From: an uncultured Sulfurovum sp. | Lineage (GTDB): Bacteria > Campylobacterota > Campylobacteria > Campylobacterales > Sulfurovaceae | Length of the DNA: 64,000 nt | Direction: 5' to 3' | Assembly: GCA_964527805.1 (NCBI GenBank) | Contig: CAZGNT010000006.1 | Coordinates: forward strand, 1,540 to 65,539 | Shown here: piece after piece, positions 1 to 10,321 of the stretch | How positions within the stretch are numbered: position 1 is the first letter of the stretch | Layout: every line of letters starts with the position of its first letter | Translations under genes and position numbers: made by a program | The notes under the pieces: generated by a model | Told to the model about the DNA's origin: nothing | Seen by the model: only the letters and a program-made list of their open reading frames with translations | Database searches by the model: none

Positions 1-41
1 CACGACTTGGTCAATGCCGGCATAAAAAGCTAAGGAAAAAT

Positions 42-830
42 ATGCGAATAAATAAATATATATCTCACCACACAAAATATTCACGAAGAGATGCCGATGA
101 ACTTATCAAGGCAGGAGAAGTTAAGCTAGGCCGTCAAATTTTGGATGATTTGAGCTATGAAGTACAGCCTGATGATAATATTTATGTCAAAGGAAGATTG
201 GTCGAAAAACGTACCGAGATCACTGTGATAGTTTATAACAAACCAAAAGGCGTGCTTGTTACCAAAAAAGACGATAGAGGCAGAGCTACTATATATCATA
301 AACTCTCGGGCAAATACAGACACTTTATCCCCGTAGGCAGATTAGACTATGCATCTGAGGGCCTTTTGATACTAACCGACACTCCAAGAGTAGCCGAGAT
401 CCTAATGAACAGTTCACTGCCAAGGGTTTATAACATCAAAATAGACAAGCCTTTCACGCAGGAAATGGCCGAAGCTATGAATAACGGCCTCATACTTGAT
501 GATGCCAGAGCCGGCGGCCATGAGAAAAGCAATATCACCGATATGTCGTTTGCACCGTTTGAAAGCTACGAGATTCGCTCAGAGAGTCCAAAATCCACAA
601 AACTAAGGGTAACCATCAGCGAAGGCAAAAACAGGGAATTAAGACGTTTTTTTGCACATTTTGACGCTAAAGTCTTAGATCTAAAAAGAGTTGCTTACGG
701 AGAAATAGAATTAAACAATTTGCCTACAAACAAAACCAGGTATTTTACCCGCAAAGAGTATGATGATCTGCATAAATTTATGAAAGCTCAAGCAAAAGAG
801 ACAAACAAGAGACCGCCTAGGGAAAAATAA
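42..830 (+). CDS. RsuA/RluB-family rRNA pseudouridine synthase (S4 domain + catalytic domain)
   Basis: 262-aa ORF; N-terminal S4-like 'RRDADELIKAGEVKLG'; catalytic 'PVGRLDYASEGLLILT' (GRLD Asp motif). Confidence 0.85.
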   Translation: MRINKYISHHTKYSRRDADELIKAGEVKLGRQILDDLSYEVQPDDNIYVKGRLVEKRTEITVIVYNKPKGVLVTKKDDRGRATIYHKLSGKYRHFIPVGRLDYASEGLLILTDTPRVAEILMNSSLPRVYNIKIDKPFTQEMAEAMNNGLILDDARAGGHEKSNITDMSFAPFESYEIRSESPKSTKLRVTISEGKNRELRRFFAHFDAKVLDLKRVAYGEIELNNLPTNKTRYFTRKEYDDLHKFMKAQAKETNKRPPREK

Positions 831-2014
831 TGAATCTTGCCATCAAATATCGTCCGCTATCTCTTGATGATATCGCAGGCCAAGAACATTTGCTTGGGAC
901 TGAGGGAGTTTTAAGAAAACTTCTTGATGCCAACGCCATGTCTCATGCATTTTTTTATGGCCCTGCCGGATGCGGAAAAACCTCATTGGCAAGAATTATT
1001 GCCAAAATGATGAAAAGTCCTTTTTATGATTTGAATGCAACAACACTCAAAATTGAAGAACTTAGAACTATTTTTAAAAATCATACAAACTCACTTCAAA
1101 AACCGCTTATCTTTATAGACGAAGTACATAGGTTAAGTAAAACCCAGCAAGAGGTACTTTTGCCTTTTATGGAGAGGTATGACGGTATAATTCTAGGGGC
1201 ATCCACTGAAAATCCTTACTATACATTGACTTCTGCAGTACGCTCAAGATCTTATCTATTTGAACTTCATTATATCAATGAAGAACAAATGTTTGCTTTG
1301 CTCCAAAAGATAGTACAAAAAGAAAACATACACATAACCGACGAAGCCAAACAATATGCAGTGCATTCAAGTTCCGGGGATGCAAGGGCAATGCTGAATT
1401 TGGTTGACAGCGCCTCAAGGATCACCGACCCCATAACGCTTGATTCGCTTAAGTCTCTTCGTCCGTTTGCCCTGCAAAGCGGCAGCAGTGAAGCGGGTAC
1501 GCATTATGATCTAGCATCTGCTCTTATAAAAAGCATCAGAGGAAGTGACATTGATGCCGGACTATATTATCTTGCAAGACTTATAGAGGGCGGAGAAAAT
1601 GCCGCTTTTATAGCTAGAAGGCTTGCCATACTCTCCAGCGAAGATATAGGAAATGCAAATCCAAATGCACTCATGCTTGCTAGCAGTGTGCTAAATATTG
1701 TAGAGCACATAGGATATCCCGAAGCCAGGATCCCGCTCTCGCAGCTTGTCATATATCTAGCCTCATCTCCAAAATCAAATAGTGCTTATGAGGCTATCAA
1801 TGATGCTCAAAAATGCGTACAGCAAGGACAAATATATGCAGTGCCCTCTCATATTAAGCCAAACTCCAATGAGTACCTATATCCGCATAATTTTGGCGGC
1901 TGGTGCAAACAAAGCTACCTCCAAAGGCCGTTGTCTCTTTATAAAACAAAGCTGATCGGGTTTGAAAAAACACTTAATGAGTGGCATGACAAAATAACTT
2001 TCAAAACCAAATAG
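830..2014 (+). CDS. rarA: replication-associated recombination protein A (AAA+ ATPase)
   Basis: 394 aa; Walker A 'GPAGCGKTS', Walker B 'IFIDEVHR', conserved MgsA C-terminal 'YLYPHNF'; 1-nt TAATG overlap with the upstream gene. Confidence 0.9.
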   Translation: MNLAIKYRPLSLDDIAGQEHLLGTEGVLRKLLDANAMSHAFFYGPAGCGKTSLARIIAKMMKSPFYDLNATTLKIEELRTIFKNHTNSLQKPLIFIDEVHRLSKTQQEVLLPFMERYDGIILGASTENPYYTLTSAVRSRSYLFELHYINEEQMFALLQKIVQKENIHITDEAKQYAVHSSSGDARAMLNLVDSASRITDPITLDSLKSLRPFALQSGSSEAGTHYDLASALIKSIRGSDIDAGLYYLARLIEGGENAAFIARRLAILSSEDIGNANPNALMLASSVLNIVEHIGYPEARIPLSQLVIYLASSPKSNSAYEAINDAQKCVQQGQIYAVPSHIKPNSNEYLYPHNFGGWCKQSYLQRPLSLYKTKLIGFEKTLNEWHDKITFKTK

Positions 2015-2081
2015 CCTCCACGGTTGAATCATGTTTTTATGATATAATTTTGATTATTATAATTCAAGAAAGGATATATTT

Positions 2082-2804
2082 ATGACAAAAAAATTAAAAA
2101 CTTCACTGCTGGCATCGGGCGTTGCTATAGCGTTACTGGGAGGATGTGCTCAGCAGGGCTTGGTTGCTGATGATTCATACAATAGAACAAAAACCGGAGC
2201 AGTGGCCGGGGCAATCGGCGGCGCCATCATAGGTGCTACAACGAAAGGACACAACAAGGGACAAAGAGCACTTGTAGGCGCACTAATTGGCGGAGCACTA
2301 GGAGCAGGAATAGGATACAGCCTAGATCAACAAGCAAATGCGGTGGCAAATGCTTTGGGTACCGGTGTTAGTAATGACCCATTGGCAGAACTTGATCCCA
2401 ATAGAGAAATTATAGTAACCAAAACAAATTCGTATGTCAAAATCACATTTCGTGATAGCATGATGTTTGCTGTCAATTCTGCCACTCCAAAAGCATCTGC
2501 CCAAAACAAAATAAACAAAGTTGCCAAAGTGCTTGAGCAATATCCTCAAACCATAGTACAGGTAGCAGGATTTACCGATAATACCGGAAGCTATAGCTAT
2601 AACCAAGGATTGTCAGAAAAAAGAGCCGATAGCGTTGCTCGTGCTTTTGAAAATGCAGGAGCATCTATGGTATCAGCGATCGGATGCTCATATAATGCGC
2701 CGATTGCACCGAATACAACAGCGTCAAATAAATCGCTCAATCGTCGCGTAGAAGTATATTTGTATCCAAATGAAAATGTACAAATAAATCCTTGCCAGCA
2801 ATAA
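2082..2804 (+). CDS. OmpA-family lipoprotein with glycine-zipper region
   Basis: Lipobox 'LLGGCAQ'; Gly-zipper 'GAIGGAIIGA...GALIGGALGAGIGY'; OmpA C-terminal motifs 'GFTDNTGS..YNQGLSEKRADSVA' and 'NRRVEVYL'. Confidence 0.85.
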   Translation: MTKKLKTSLLASGVAIALLGGCAQQGLVADDSYNRTKTGAVAGAIGGAIIGATTKGHNKGQRALVGALIGGALGAGIGYSLDQQANAVANALGTGVSNDPLAELDPNREIIVTKTNSYVKITFRDSMMFAVNSATPKASAQNKINKVAKVLEQYPQTIVQVAGFTDNTGSYSYNQGLSEKRADSVARAFENAGASMVSAIGCSYNAPIAPNTTASNKSLNRRVEVYLYPNENVQINPCQQ

Positions 2805-2836
2805 AACCTATTTCTTAAATGAGGCCGATAACTTCA

Positions 2837-3625
2837 TTATCGGTCTTGCTCTTGCGGCTTGATTGTTAGGCTGGCTTGTATCGGTATATGATCTGATCTG
2901 GTGTGCCATTCTCGTCCGGATTTTACATGTGCTTCAACTATCTCTAGGCTTCGCACATAAAGTCTATCCAGTTTGAACCATGGAATAAAACTTGGAAATG
3001 TACGGCCGGGGATCGAACGCGGTAAGCGTTTTAGTTTTTTATCTCTGTGCTGTATCGTCTCTATAGCATCTTTTAATGTAAGCTCTCCTGTTAAAATACG
3101 ATGCACATGCAAATTCCAATCATTAAAATCCCCTGCTATTACCAAAGGCACATCGTGGGATACATTATGGCGCACATGTTCTATAAGAGCTTTTGCCTGC
3201 CGGATCCTGCTGCCCTTGAAAAGTCCAAAATGCGTACATATCAAATGAATATCTCCGTATTTTGGATGCTCTATAATGGCGTGCAAAACACCTCTTTGTT
3301 CAAGTTTATGATCTGAAATATCAATATTTTGCCAACTTTTAATAGGATATTTGGACAATATTGCGTTGCCGTGATGTCCATGCTCATAAAAAGCATTTGC
3401 CCCATAAGCTACATAAGGATATATCTCTCCTTGCAATGCACATGTTTGAGAATGCGTATCTTTTGGCAGAGATACCTTGCGGCGTTTTATATTTATATCT
3501 TGGACCTCTTGTAAAAATACAATATCAACATCTATTTCTGTCAAGGCCTCTTTGAGCGTATCTATACGACAACCATGAACCATAGAATAGGCCTTATGAA
3601 TATTATAAGTAGCAACTGTAATCAT
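2837..3625 (-). CDS. endonuclease/exonuclease/phosphatase (EEP) family protein
   Basis: 262 aa; 'TYNIHK', 'VFLQEV', 'AGDFNDW', C-terminal 'SDHIP' motifs typical of the EEP fold. Confidence 0.8.
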   Translation of the reverse strand: MITVATYNIHKAYSMVHGCRIDTLKEALTEIDVDIVFLQEVQDINIKRRKVSLPKDTHSQTCALQGEIYPYVAYGANAFYEHGHHGNAILSKYPIKSWQNIDISDHKLEQRGVLHAIIEHPKYGDIHLICTHFGLFKGSRIRQAKALIEHVRHNVSHDVPLVIAGDFNDWNLHVHRILTGELTLKDAIETIQHRDKKLKRLPRSIPGRTFPSFIPWFKLDRLYVRSLEIVEAHVKSGREWHTRSDHIPIQASLTIKPQEQDR

Positions 3626-3852
3626 CTATCTATCCAACCCATCAATAAAAATCTTAAGCAATATCTCATTTGTAATAATTATAGCATTAAGCTGAACAAT
3701 TTGATATAAAAATATTTTGCTCAAAATTTGTTTTTATGCAGGATAAAGACTGTCAAATCTAAAATATTGTTTATGCACAAAGCAACAATACAATAACTTT
3801 GAAAATCAAAACTGATATAAATGATGATATAATTTTTGAACTAGGAGCATAT

Positions 3853-5343
3853 ATGTCTTGGATTGCCTTATTAACAATTATACATTATACTATAGTAGCT
3901 TATGTTGTATATCGTGCCATGTTGCGCCCTTACCGTGAACCAGCCTCCAGATTGGCATGGGTGGTGGTGGCGATAACCATACCTGTCTTGGGCATCATGC
4001 TTTATTTTATGTTTGGCGAAACCAGTATAGGGTTTATTCGTGCAAAAAATATGCAAAAACTCAAAAGTGAAATATTCCAAAACCGCTTTAAAGCAACTAT
4101 CAATGAACCTATAATTGATACTGTTCCAAAAAAATATCATCATATTTTTCGCATGGGACAATCTATTAACGGCTTTTTGCCGGTAGGTGGCAATAAATAT
4201 CGTCTGCTGGAAAATTCTGAAGCTATGATAGATTCCTTGGCTGAGGATATCGACCATGCCAAGCACCATGTCCATATATTGTTTTATATCTGGTTCACTG
4301 ATAAGAGTGGACTAAAAGTCGCAAATGCTCTTATGCGTGCTGCTAGCAGAGGTGTTATATGTCGTGTTTTGGTTGATGCGGTTGGTTCGCGTAAATTGAT
4401 CTCATCGGATATTTGGAAAGATATGCAACGATCAGGCATACATGCCGTATCATCTTTGTCGATCGGCAATACGTTGCTAAGAATGATATTGGGGCGTGTT
4501 GATCTGCGAAATCATCGTAAAATTGTGGTTATTGATAATTTTATCACATATTGCGGCAGCCAAAATTGCGCCGATGCCCATTTCGACCCAAAAGACAAAT
4601 ATGCTTTATGGGTGGATGCCGTAGTCCGCTTTGCCGGACCTATAGCATTACAAAATCAGCACTTATTTATCCAAGACTGGCTGGCAGCCACCAAAGAAGA
4701 TCTGCCTCCAATGTATGAATCTGAACAGCCAAATGATATAATTGACCTGACTAATACCCAGATACCCGAATATATAGGCGACCAACCAAATGGTTCTTGC
4801 CCATCCCAAGTAGTAGGTGCCGGCCCAACTGAAAGACATGATGCAATGTCAGATATATTTCAAGTCATAATAAGTTCTGCTCGCCAAAGCCTAACGATAA
4901 CTACACCATATTTCGTTCCAAATGGACCGGTACTCAATGCGATATGTTCAGCTGCCAGAATGGGGGTAGTGGTAAAATTAATATTATCGCATAATACCGA
5001 TTCATGGTTTGTGCGCGCTGCCAGTCACAGCTATTACCCTGAATTACTAGAGGCGGGCGTGGAGATATATGAATATCAAAGCGAGGTACTGCATTCAAAG
5101 CTGTTAACGATCGATGGGGAACTTGGCATGATAGGCTCTGCCAATCTAGACCGTCGAAGTTTTGATCTAAATTATGAAAATAATATCATATACTATGATC
5201 AAAAACTCACAAAAGAGATACTCAAAAGACAACAGTCATATATAGACAAATCTTTAAATATAACCATAGAAGAAGTGAATGCCTGGAGCAAGCCTAGCTT
5301 GCTATGGTACAATGTCAATGCTACGTTAAGTCCTCTGCTTTAA
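3853..5343 (+). CDS. cls: cardiolipin synthase (PLD superfamily, two HKD motifs)
   Basis: Two HxKxxxxD motifs ('HRKIVVIDN', 'HSKLLTIDG'); two N-terminal TM helices. Start moved to ATG 3853, which has AGGAG 6 nt upstream; the track start at 3799 is TTG with no RBS. Confidence 0.88.
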   Translation: MSWIALLTIIHYTIVAYVVYRAMLRPYREPASRLAWVVVAITIPVLGIMLYFMFGETSIGFIRAKNMQKLKSEIFQNRFKATINEPIIDTVPKKYHHIFRMGQSINGFLPVGGNKYRLLENSEAMIDSLAEDIDHAKHHVHILFYIWFTDKSGLKVANALMRAASRGVICRVLVDAVGSRKLISSDIWKDMQRSGIHAVSSLSIGNTLLRMILGRVDLRNHRKIVVIDNFITYCGSQNCADAHFDPKDKYALWVDAVVRFAGPIALQNQHLFIQDWLAATKEDLPPMYESEQPNDIIDLTNTQIPEYIGDQPNGSCPSQVVGAGPTERHDAMSDIFQVIISSARQSLTITTPYFVPNGPVLNAICSAARMGVVVKLILSHNTDSWFVRAASHSYYPELLEAGVEIYEYQSEVLHSKLLTIDGELGMIGSANLDRRSFDLNYENNIIYYDQKLTKEILKRQQSYIDKSLNITIEEVNAWSKPSLLWYNVNATLSPLL

Positions 5344-5411
5344 TATATATAACACCATTAAATACCTCTTGTGATACAATACCGTTTTAACAAACAGAAG
5401 GAAAAAAATAT

Positions 5412-6389
5412 ATGAGATATTTTATAAGTTCATTTATCATAATGGCGATTGGCCTCATGACGGCCTTTTTTCTAGGAGGACTCGCAGCGATCTATGTAAC
5501 ATTTTTGCTCATAATCCTAGAGGTTTCTCTATCATTCGATAATGCAGTGGTCAATGCCAAAGTACTCAATACCATGGATGCCATTTGGCAAAAAAGATTT
5601 ATACTTTTTGGTATCCCTATAGCTGTATTTGGCATGAGATTATTGTTTCCGCTAGGGATAGTAGCGATTGCGACCGGTATGGGATTAGTCGAAACTTTGC
5701 AAGTAGCCATAGGTGAACCGGAACGCTACGAAGCAGTCCTCAAATCCACAGAAAAAAGCATCTTTGCCTTTGGTGGCGCCTTTTTGCTAATGGTATTTTT
5801 AGATTTCTTTTTTGAAGAAAAAGAGGTATATTGGATAAAAATGCTAGAAAACTCCAAATTAATATCAAAATTATCACTATTGTCCAATATAGAACTTTCT
5901 ATTGCAATAGCAGTGGGAATAGGACTGGGCCACATAACTCAAGACTTTAGTGTGCTTTTGGCATTTATGTATGGAGTGCTGCTTCATGCTTTGCTTGGCA
6001 TGGTAGACGATGCCTTTTCTACTGCAACGGTTAAAAACGGACTTGCCGGTTTTATATACCTTGAAGTACTTGATGCAAGTTTCAGTTTTGATGGAGTTAT
6101 AGGTGCATTTGCACTAAGCAGCAATATATTTATCATCATGATAGGCTTGGGGGTTGGTGCTATGTTCGTGCGTAGCATAACACTCTATTTCGTAGAGCAT
6201 AAAACCTTGTCGAAATTTAGATATCTTGAACATGGGGCTCATTATGCGATAGGCATATTAGCCGTGATCATGCTTATGAAAATCAATATTCACATAAGCG
6301 AACTTATAACCGGTACCGTGGGAATAGGGCTCATAATATTAGCGTTTGCCCACTCTATTTGGGAGAACAAACGGGAATTACTAAAATAA
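5412..6389 (+). CDS. DUF475/TerC-like integral membrane protein
   Basis: 325 aa, multi-TM; duplicated 'SLSFDNAVVNA' and 'DASFSFDGVIGAFA' motifs characteristic of DUF475. Confidence 0.7.
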   Translation: MRYFISSFIIMAIGLMTAFFLGGLAAIYVTFLLIILEVSLSFDNAVVNAKVLNTMDAIWQKRFILFGIPIAVFGMRLLFPLGIVAIATGMGLVETLQVAIGEPERYEAVLKSTEKSIFAFGGAFLLMVFLDFFFEEKEVYWIKMLENSKLISKLSLLSNIELSIAIAVGIGLGHITQDFSVLLAFMYGVLLHALLGMVDDAFSTATVKNGLAGFIYLEVLDASFSFDGVIGAFALSSNIFIIMIGLGVGAMFVRSITLYFVEHKTLSKFRYLEHGAHYAIGILAVIMLMKINIHISELITGTVGIGLIILAFAHSIWENKRELLK

Positions 6390-6399
6390 ATTAAACCAT

Positions 6400-6435
6400 A
6401 TACTCCATAAAAGACAATCGCCTTTTATGGAGTAT
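6400..6435. terminator. bidirectional stem-loop between convergent genes
   Basis: 14-bp perfect inverted repeat ATACTCCATAAAAG / CTTTTATGGAGTAT (6400-6413 and 6422-6435) with an 8-nt loop. It lies between the DUF475 gene stop and the small lipoprotein stop. Confidence 0.65.
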
Positions 6436-6440
6436 TGTAT

Positions 6441-6587
6441 TTATCTGCCTATCTCTCGAACGGTTTCTTTAGTAGCATCATATGCATTTCCAACATCGTG
6501 CTTGACACCCTTGACCGTACCCGTACAACCAGTTCCAATTATGCCAATAAAAGCGGAAATCATTAGCCAAAAAATAGTTTTTTTCAT
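6441..6587 (-). CDS. small entericidin-like lipoprotein (48 aa), absent from the ORF track
   Basis: ATG at 6587, TAA at 6441-6443. Translation is MKKTIFWLMISAFIGIIGTGCTGTVKGVKHDVGNAYDATKETVREIGR. It has a lipobox 'GTGC' and an entericidin A/B-like mature peptide pattern (GC-T-x-KG-x-G-xD-V). Confidence 0.6.
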   Translation of the reverse strand: MKKTIFWLMISAFIGIIGTGCTGTVKGVKHDVGNAYDATKETVREIGR

Positions 6588-6736
6588 GTTTGATCCTTAT
6601 ATTAAACGGTTTACATTGTTTATGTATACAAAATTTATTATATTCTATCGTGCATTTACTGCTCCTTAAAGCCCGAAGTGCACACCAAGCAAAAAAAGGG
6701 TAAAATATGAAAAAGATAAAAGAAGAGGAATTATGC

Positions 6737-7294
6737 ATGGTAAGTGAAATTTATACTTATACTACTGCGCACATGGATAAAAGCATAGAAGCTCTAAGAA
6801 GAGAGTTTTCTACACTTCGCACAGGAAAAGTAACGACAAATATAGTTGATAACATAAAAGTAGACTATTACGGCACTCCAACCGCACTTAATCAAGTAGG
6901 CAATGTTATAGTCCAAGATGCAACCACAATAGCTATCAGCCCATGGGAAAAAGCACTATTGAATCCTATCACAAAAGCTATTCAGGAAGCAAACATAGGG
7001 GTAAACCCAAATAACGACGGCAGCATAATCAAGCTGTTTTTTCCTCCGATGACTGTTGATCAAAGACAAGAAATCGTCAAACAAGCCAAAGCAATGGGCG
7101 AAAAAGCCAAAGTTGCAGTTAGAAATATCAGAAAAGAGAGCAACGACAAAGTTAAAAAGCTTGAAAAAGATAAAGCTATTAGCGAAGATGAGATCAAAAA
7201 GGCTTTGGAACAAATACAAAAGATCACAGACGAGCATATAGCAAAAATCGATGAAGCTCTAAAAACAAAAGAAATCGATATATTAAAAGTCTAA
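6737..7294 (+). CDS. frr: ribosome recycling factor
   Basis: Strong by-eye identity to Campylobacter Frr ('VDYYGTPT', 'GVNPNNDG', 'FPPMT..QR', 'KAISEDE'). Start at ATG 6737 gives the canonical 185 aa; the track start at 6707 would add 10 aa. Confidence 0.92.
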   Translation: MVSEIYTYTTAHMDKSIEALRREFSTLRTGKVTTNIVDNIKVDYYGTPTALNQVGNVIVQDATTIAISPWEKALLNPITKAIQEANIGVNPNNDGSIIKLFFPPMTVDQRQEIVKQAKAMGEKAKVAVRNIRKESNDKVKKLEKDKAISEDEIKKALEQIQKITDEHIAKIDEALKTKEIDILKV

Positions 7295-7296
7295 TT

Positions 7297-7902
7297 ATGA
7301 ATATAGAAAACATTTACAAAGAAGCCGGTGCCCTGCTAGAGGGACACTTTATACTCTCAAGCGGCAATCATTCAAACAGATACCTGCAAAGCGCGAAAGT
7401 ATTGGAAAATCCTGCTACTGCCGAAATATTGGCAAAAGCTTTGGCCGAGCAGATCAAAGCTAGCGGTATAGAAATAGACACAGTATGCGCCCCTGCCCTC
7501 GGCGGCGTGATAGCAGGATATGAACTGGCTCGCGCTTTGAAAGTGCGAAGCATATTTGCTGAGAGAAAAGACGGTCAAATGGAACTTCGCAGGGGTTTTG
7601 AGATAAAAAAAGGCGAGAAAATAATCATTTGCGAAGATATCATAACAACCGGCGGCTCAGCCATGGAAGTAGCCAAAATTATCTCTGAACTCGGCGGTGA
7701 AGTAGTAGCATTTGCTGCTCTTGCCAATCGTGGATTCTGCCACCGTGAAGGCAGCAATACTTCTCGTAAAGCTAACTGCAAATTGCTAGAAAATATTCCT
7801 TTTTATGCATTGGCTGATTTTGAATTTGCCATGTATGAACCAAATAATTGCCCTATGTGTCAAGAAGGCAGTGTTGCTATTAAGCCTGGAAGTAGAGCCT
7901 AG
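7297..7902 (+). CDS. pyrE: orotate phosphoribosyltransferase
   Basis: 201 aa; PRPP-binding loop '[13 protein letters not shown]'; '[14 protein letters not shown]' N-terminal motif. Confidence 0.9.
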   Translation: MNIENIYKEAGALLEGHFILSSGNHSNRYLQSAKVLENPATAEILAKALAEQIKASGIEIDTVCAPALGGVIAGYELARALKVRSIFAERKDGQMELRRGFEIKKGEKIIICEDIITTGGSAMEVAKIISELGGEVVAFAALANRGFCHREGSNTSRKANCKLLENIPFYALADFEFAMYEPNNCPMCQEGSVAIKPGSRA

Positions 7903-10202
7903 GCTCTCCTCCAAACCAAAGCTACCAAAGATATATTTATATCACTTTTTTTTGGTTTTACCGATATGGTTTCAATAGGATAATTTTCTATTTTAAAAAG
8001 CAGATCAAGTTCATTTACCATATTTTCAAACTCTTCCCCCAACAATCTTAGGTCATTGTCTAAATTTTTAATTTTATCTTCGATCCTGTTTTTATCGTTA
8101 TTATCTTTAAATATCCTTCCCCCATGTGACAACACTTTTCCTGCTTTACTGGTATTGCTTCCTCCTCCAAACAAAGCACCCATTACTGCAACTCCTGCAT
8201 TTAGCCAAGAAGCGGTGGATTCAGATTTCTCTTTGTCAAGCTGATAATTCAACGTTTCTATTTTGTTGTTTATTGATACTTGTTTAGACTTCAGTTCACT
8301 TGTTAGTTTTTCTATTTGTTCATCTTTTTTTGCTCTTAATGCATCATTTATTTTAACTATAAAATCCGCTTTACTTTCATTTGGAGCAGATTCCATCTTC
8401 AGGCTTTTACATATAAACAATTCAATATTTTGCGTCTGATAAATATAATCTTCTAATTCTCTTTGGGTATCTTTTAAGCCTTTGTCTTTTCTGATAAAAT
8501 CAGGAACCTTCTCAAAAGAAGAGTTGCTTGGAGGAGTGGTTTGAAATCTGCTGAAATCTATATTGTCAATCATAATATTTGCAGTATCAATATGAGAACT
8601 GTCTCCATCTAAAGGAACACTTAAAATGATATCTTTGGTCTCATTTATTCCTTTTGGTTGATTATAAAATAAAATTATTCCTTTGATTCCAACGGTTGGC
8701 ACAAAATTATTTGCACCAGTTTCGAAATATTGTACTATAGATGCATCGATTGGTTGAGTTACTGTTGCAGGCTTTGACTCCATAACAGCATGGGTGATGA
8801 TTTTTTTATTACTCGAAAGAGATATGATCTCTTCTTTTTTAAGCGGTCCCTTGAGATAGCTAAGCGTCCACCTGGTGCCAAAAAGCTTTACGTCATCAAG
8901 ATGAATGCTTTTTAGAAGAAAAGTTCTTTTTGGAAGACTTAAAAGAAGTTTTTCTATCTCTTCTTTGCTAAAATTTGATCCTATTTGACCGCTTAAACCA
9001 TCTATGACTTTATTGATATCCTGAGATGTTTGAAGCCTTCCTATAAACCAAGTACCTATATTCGATAGGCCTTTATAATCCAAATCTACCGGATTTTGAG
9101 TGCTCAATATCACCCCTATTCCAAAAGCTCTAGCTTGCTTTAAAAGCAAAAGCATTGGTTCTTTGCTTGGTGGATTTTTGGTTGGAGGAAAGTAGCCGAA
9201 AATCTCATCCATATAAAGAATAGCTTTAAGAACTTCCGTGCCGCTTTGTCTTCTCATCCATGCAATATACCTATTCAAAAGAAGTGACACAAAAAACATT
9301 CTTTGATTATCATCTAGATGCGCGATATTAAATATAGCCGCTTTGGCTTTGCCATTTTCATCGTAAAGTAATTTGCCGATATCCAAAGTTTCACCTTGGA
9401 GCCATAAAGCAAATGACGGAGATGCCAAAAGCGCATTGAATTTTGAAGCAAAATCAAATCTATTTTTACTTTCAAAAAAATCTTCAAGCGGTAAAACACC
9501 TATTTTGTCAAATGAAGGCTTGATTATGCTTGCTATCAAGGTCTCCAATGAAACATTTTCTCCATTTTGCCATGCATTGGATATGATTTGGGAGAGCAGC
9601 ACATACTCTTTTGAAGTTGAATCATTCTCCACCCCTATCAAAGACAATAAACTAGATGTTGTTGTCTTGAGATAAGACATATACGTATCCATATCTTGCA
9701 AAATTTCCTCATTTGGCACTTCCAGTGAGCTTAGAATATTGATACTTACACCTGCTGTACTTCCAGGGGTATAGATAGTTTTTTCAACGCTTTGAAACCT
9801 GCTTGCTCTCTCTTTATCTTGCCCAAAACTTTCAATTCCTGCTAGCCAATTTGAGCAAACCTCTTTGGCATATTCTTTGGTCTCCTTTCCTTTCGCTACA
9901 GCTTCATCTTTTACCCAGTCCTCAAAGCTTGCTGGATTAAACTCGCTGTCAACCAAACATAAATTTCCCATATCTCCTTTTGGGTCAATTATGATAGAGG
10001 GGATATTATCTAGGCTGGCTTCTTCTATAATTCCCACCCCAAGACCTGTTTTGCCCGATCCAGTCATTCCTATAATAGCCGCATGGGTGGTAAAACTTTT
10101 GTTTTTCATTAATGTCAGCGCGTCTGTAGGCTTCATTGTATTTCTATCTAAATCTTTACCCAGATAAAACAGATCCAATTTTTCATAAATAGATGATGAC
10201 AT
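7899..10202 (-). CDS. HerA/FtsK-superfamily (DUF87-like) P-loop ATPase with C-terminal coiled coil and Gly-rich hydrophobic segment; function unknown
   Basis: 767 aa; 'FYLGK..' N-terminus, Walker A 'GMTGSGKTG', 'IIIDPKGD', Walker B '[13 protein letters not shown]', '[27 protein letters not shown]'. C-terminus has heptad-like K/E-rich segments flanking '[14 protein letters not shown]'. AAGGAG RBS before the ATG at 10202. Confidence 0.75.
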   Translation of the reverse strand: MSSSIYEKLDLFYLGKDLDRNTMKPTDALTLMKNKSFTTHAAIIGMTGSGKTGLGVGIIEEASLDNIPSIIIDPKGDMGNLCLVDSEFNPASFEDWVKDEAVAKGKETKEYAKEVCSNWLAGIESFGQDKERASRFQSVEKTIYTPGSTAGVSINILSSLEVPNEEILQDMDTYMSYLKTTTSSLLSLIGVENDSTSKEYVLLSQIISNAWQNGENVSLETLIASIIKPSFDKIGVLPLEDFFESKNRFDFASKFNALLASPSFALWLQGETLDIGKLLYDENGKAKAAIFNIAHLDDNQRMFFVSLLLNRYIAWMRRQSGTEVLKAILYMDEIFGYFPPTKNPPSKEPMLLLLKQARAFGIGVILSTQNPVDLDYKGLSNIGTWFIGRLQTSQDINKVIDGLSGQIGSNFSKEEIEKLLLSLPKRTFLLKSIHLDDVKLFGTRWTLSYLKGPLKKEEIISLSSNKKIITHAVMESKPATVTQPIDASIVQYFETGANNFVPTVGIKGIILFYNQPKGINETKDIILSVPLDGDSSHIDTANIMIDNIDFSRFQTTPPSNSSFEKVPDFIRKDKGLKDTQRELEDYIYQTQNIELFICKSLKMESAPNESKADFIVKINDALRAKKDEQIEKLTSELKSKQVSINNKIETLNYQLDKEKSESTASWLNAGVAVMGALFGGGSNTSKAGKVLSHGGRIFKDNNDKNRIEDKIKNLDNDLRLLGEEFENMVNELDLLFKIENYPIETISVKPKKSDINISLVALVWRRA

Positions 10203-10321
10203 AAAGACTCCTTAGGATAAGAAAATTATAAATATTGTAGCCAAAATCTGTGCAAAATTTCCAACTCCTAAAACTAACCCCAAAGGTGGTACAATATCAT
10301 CATTAAATAATTGAGATACAT

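Noticed and set aside
3799-3852. 5' extensions implied by the ORF track for several genes: cls 3799, frr 6707, LysR 17774, DUF3365 20178, hemH 25001, modA 26237, modB 28877, PBP-3 40867 and ppsA 14870.
   Set aside because: Downstream ATGs have better-spaced AGGAG/AAGGA RBSs, give canonical N-termini or signal peptides, or avoid running into the preceding gene. Several of the track starts are TTG or GTG with no RBS.
6427-6738. Track ORFs 6427-6669 (+, 80 aa) and 6478-6738 (-, 86 aa) in the DUF475-frr intergenic region.
   Set aside because: They have no RBS or motifs, and they overlap both each other and the frr start. The region is better explained by the 48-aa lipoprotein gene (6441-6587, minus strand), a terminator hairpin and the frr promoter.
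7899-10202. The HerA-like ATPase considered as part of a known anti-phage system (Sir2-HerA, DUF4297-HerA) or a HerA-NurA repair pair.
   Set aside because: No partner gene is adjacent on either side; the neighbours are pyrE and an RDD membrane protein. It is retained only as an orphan ATPase of unknown function.
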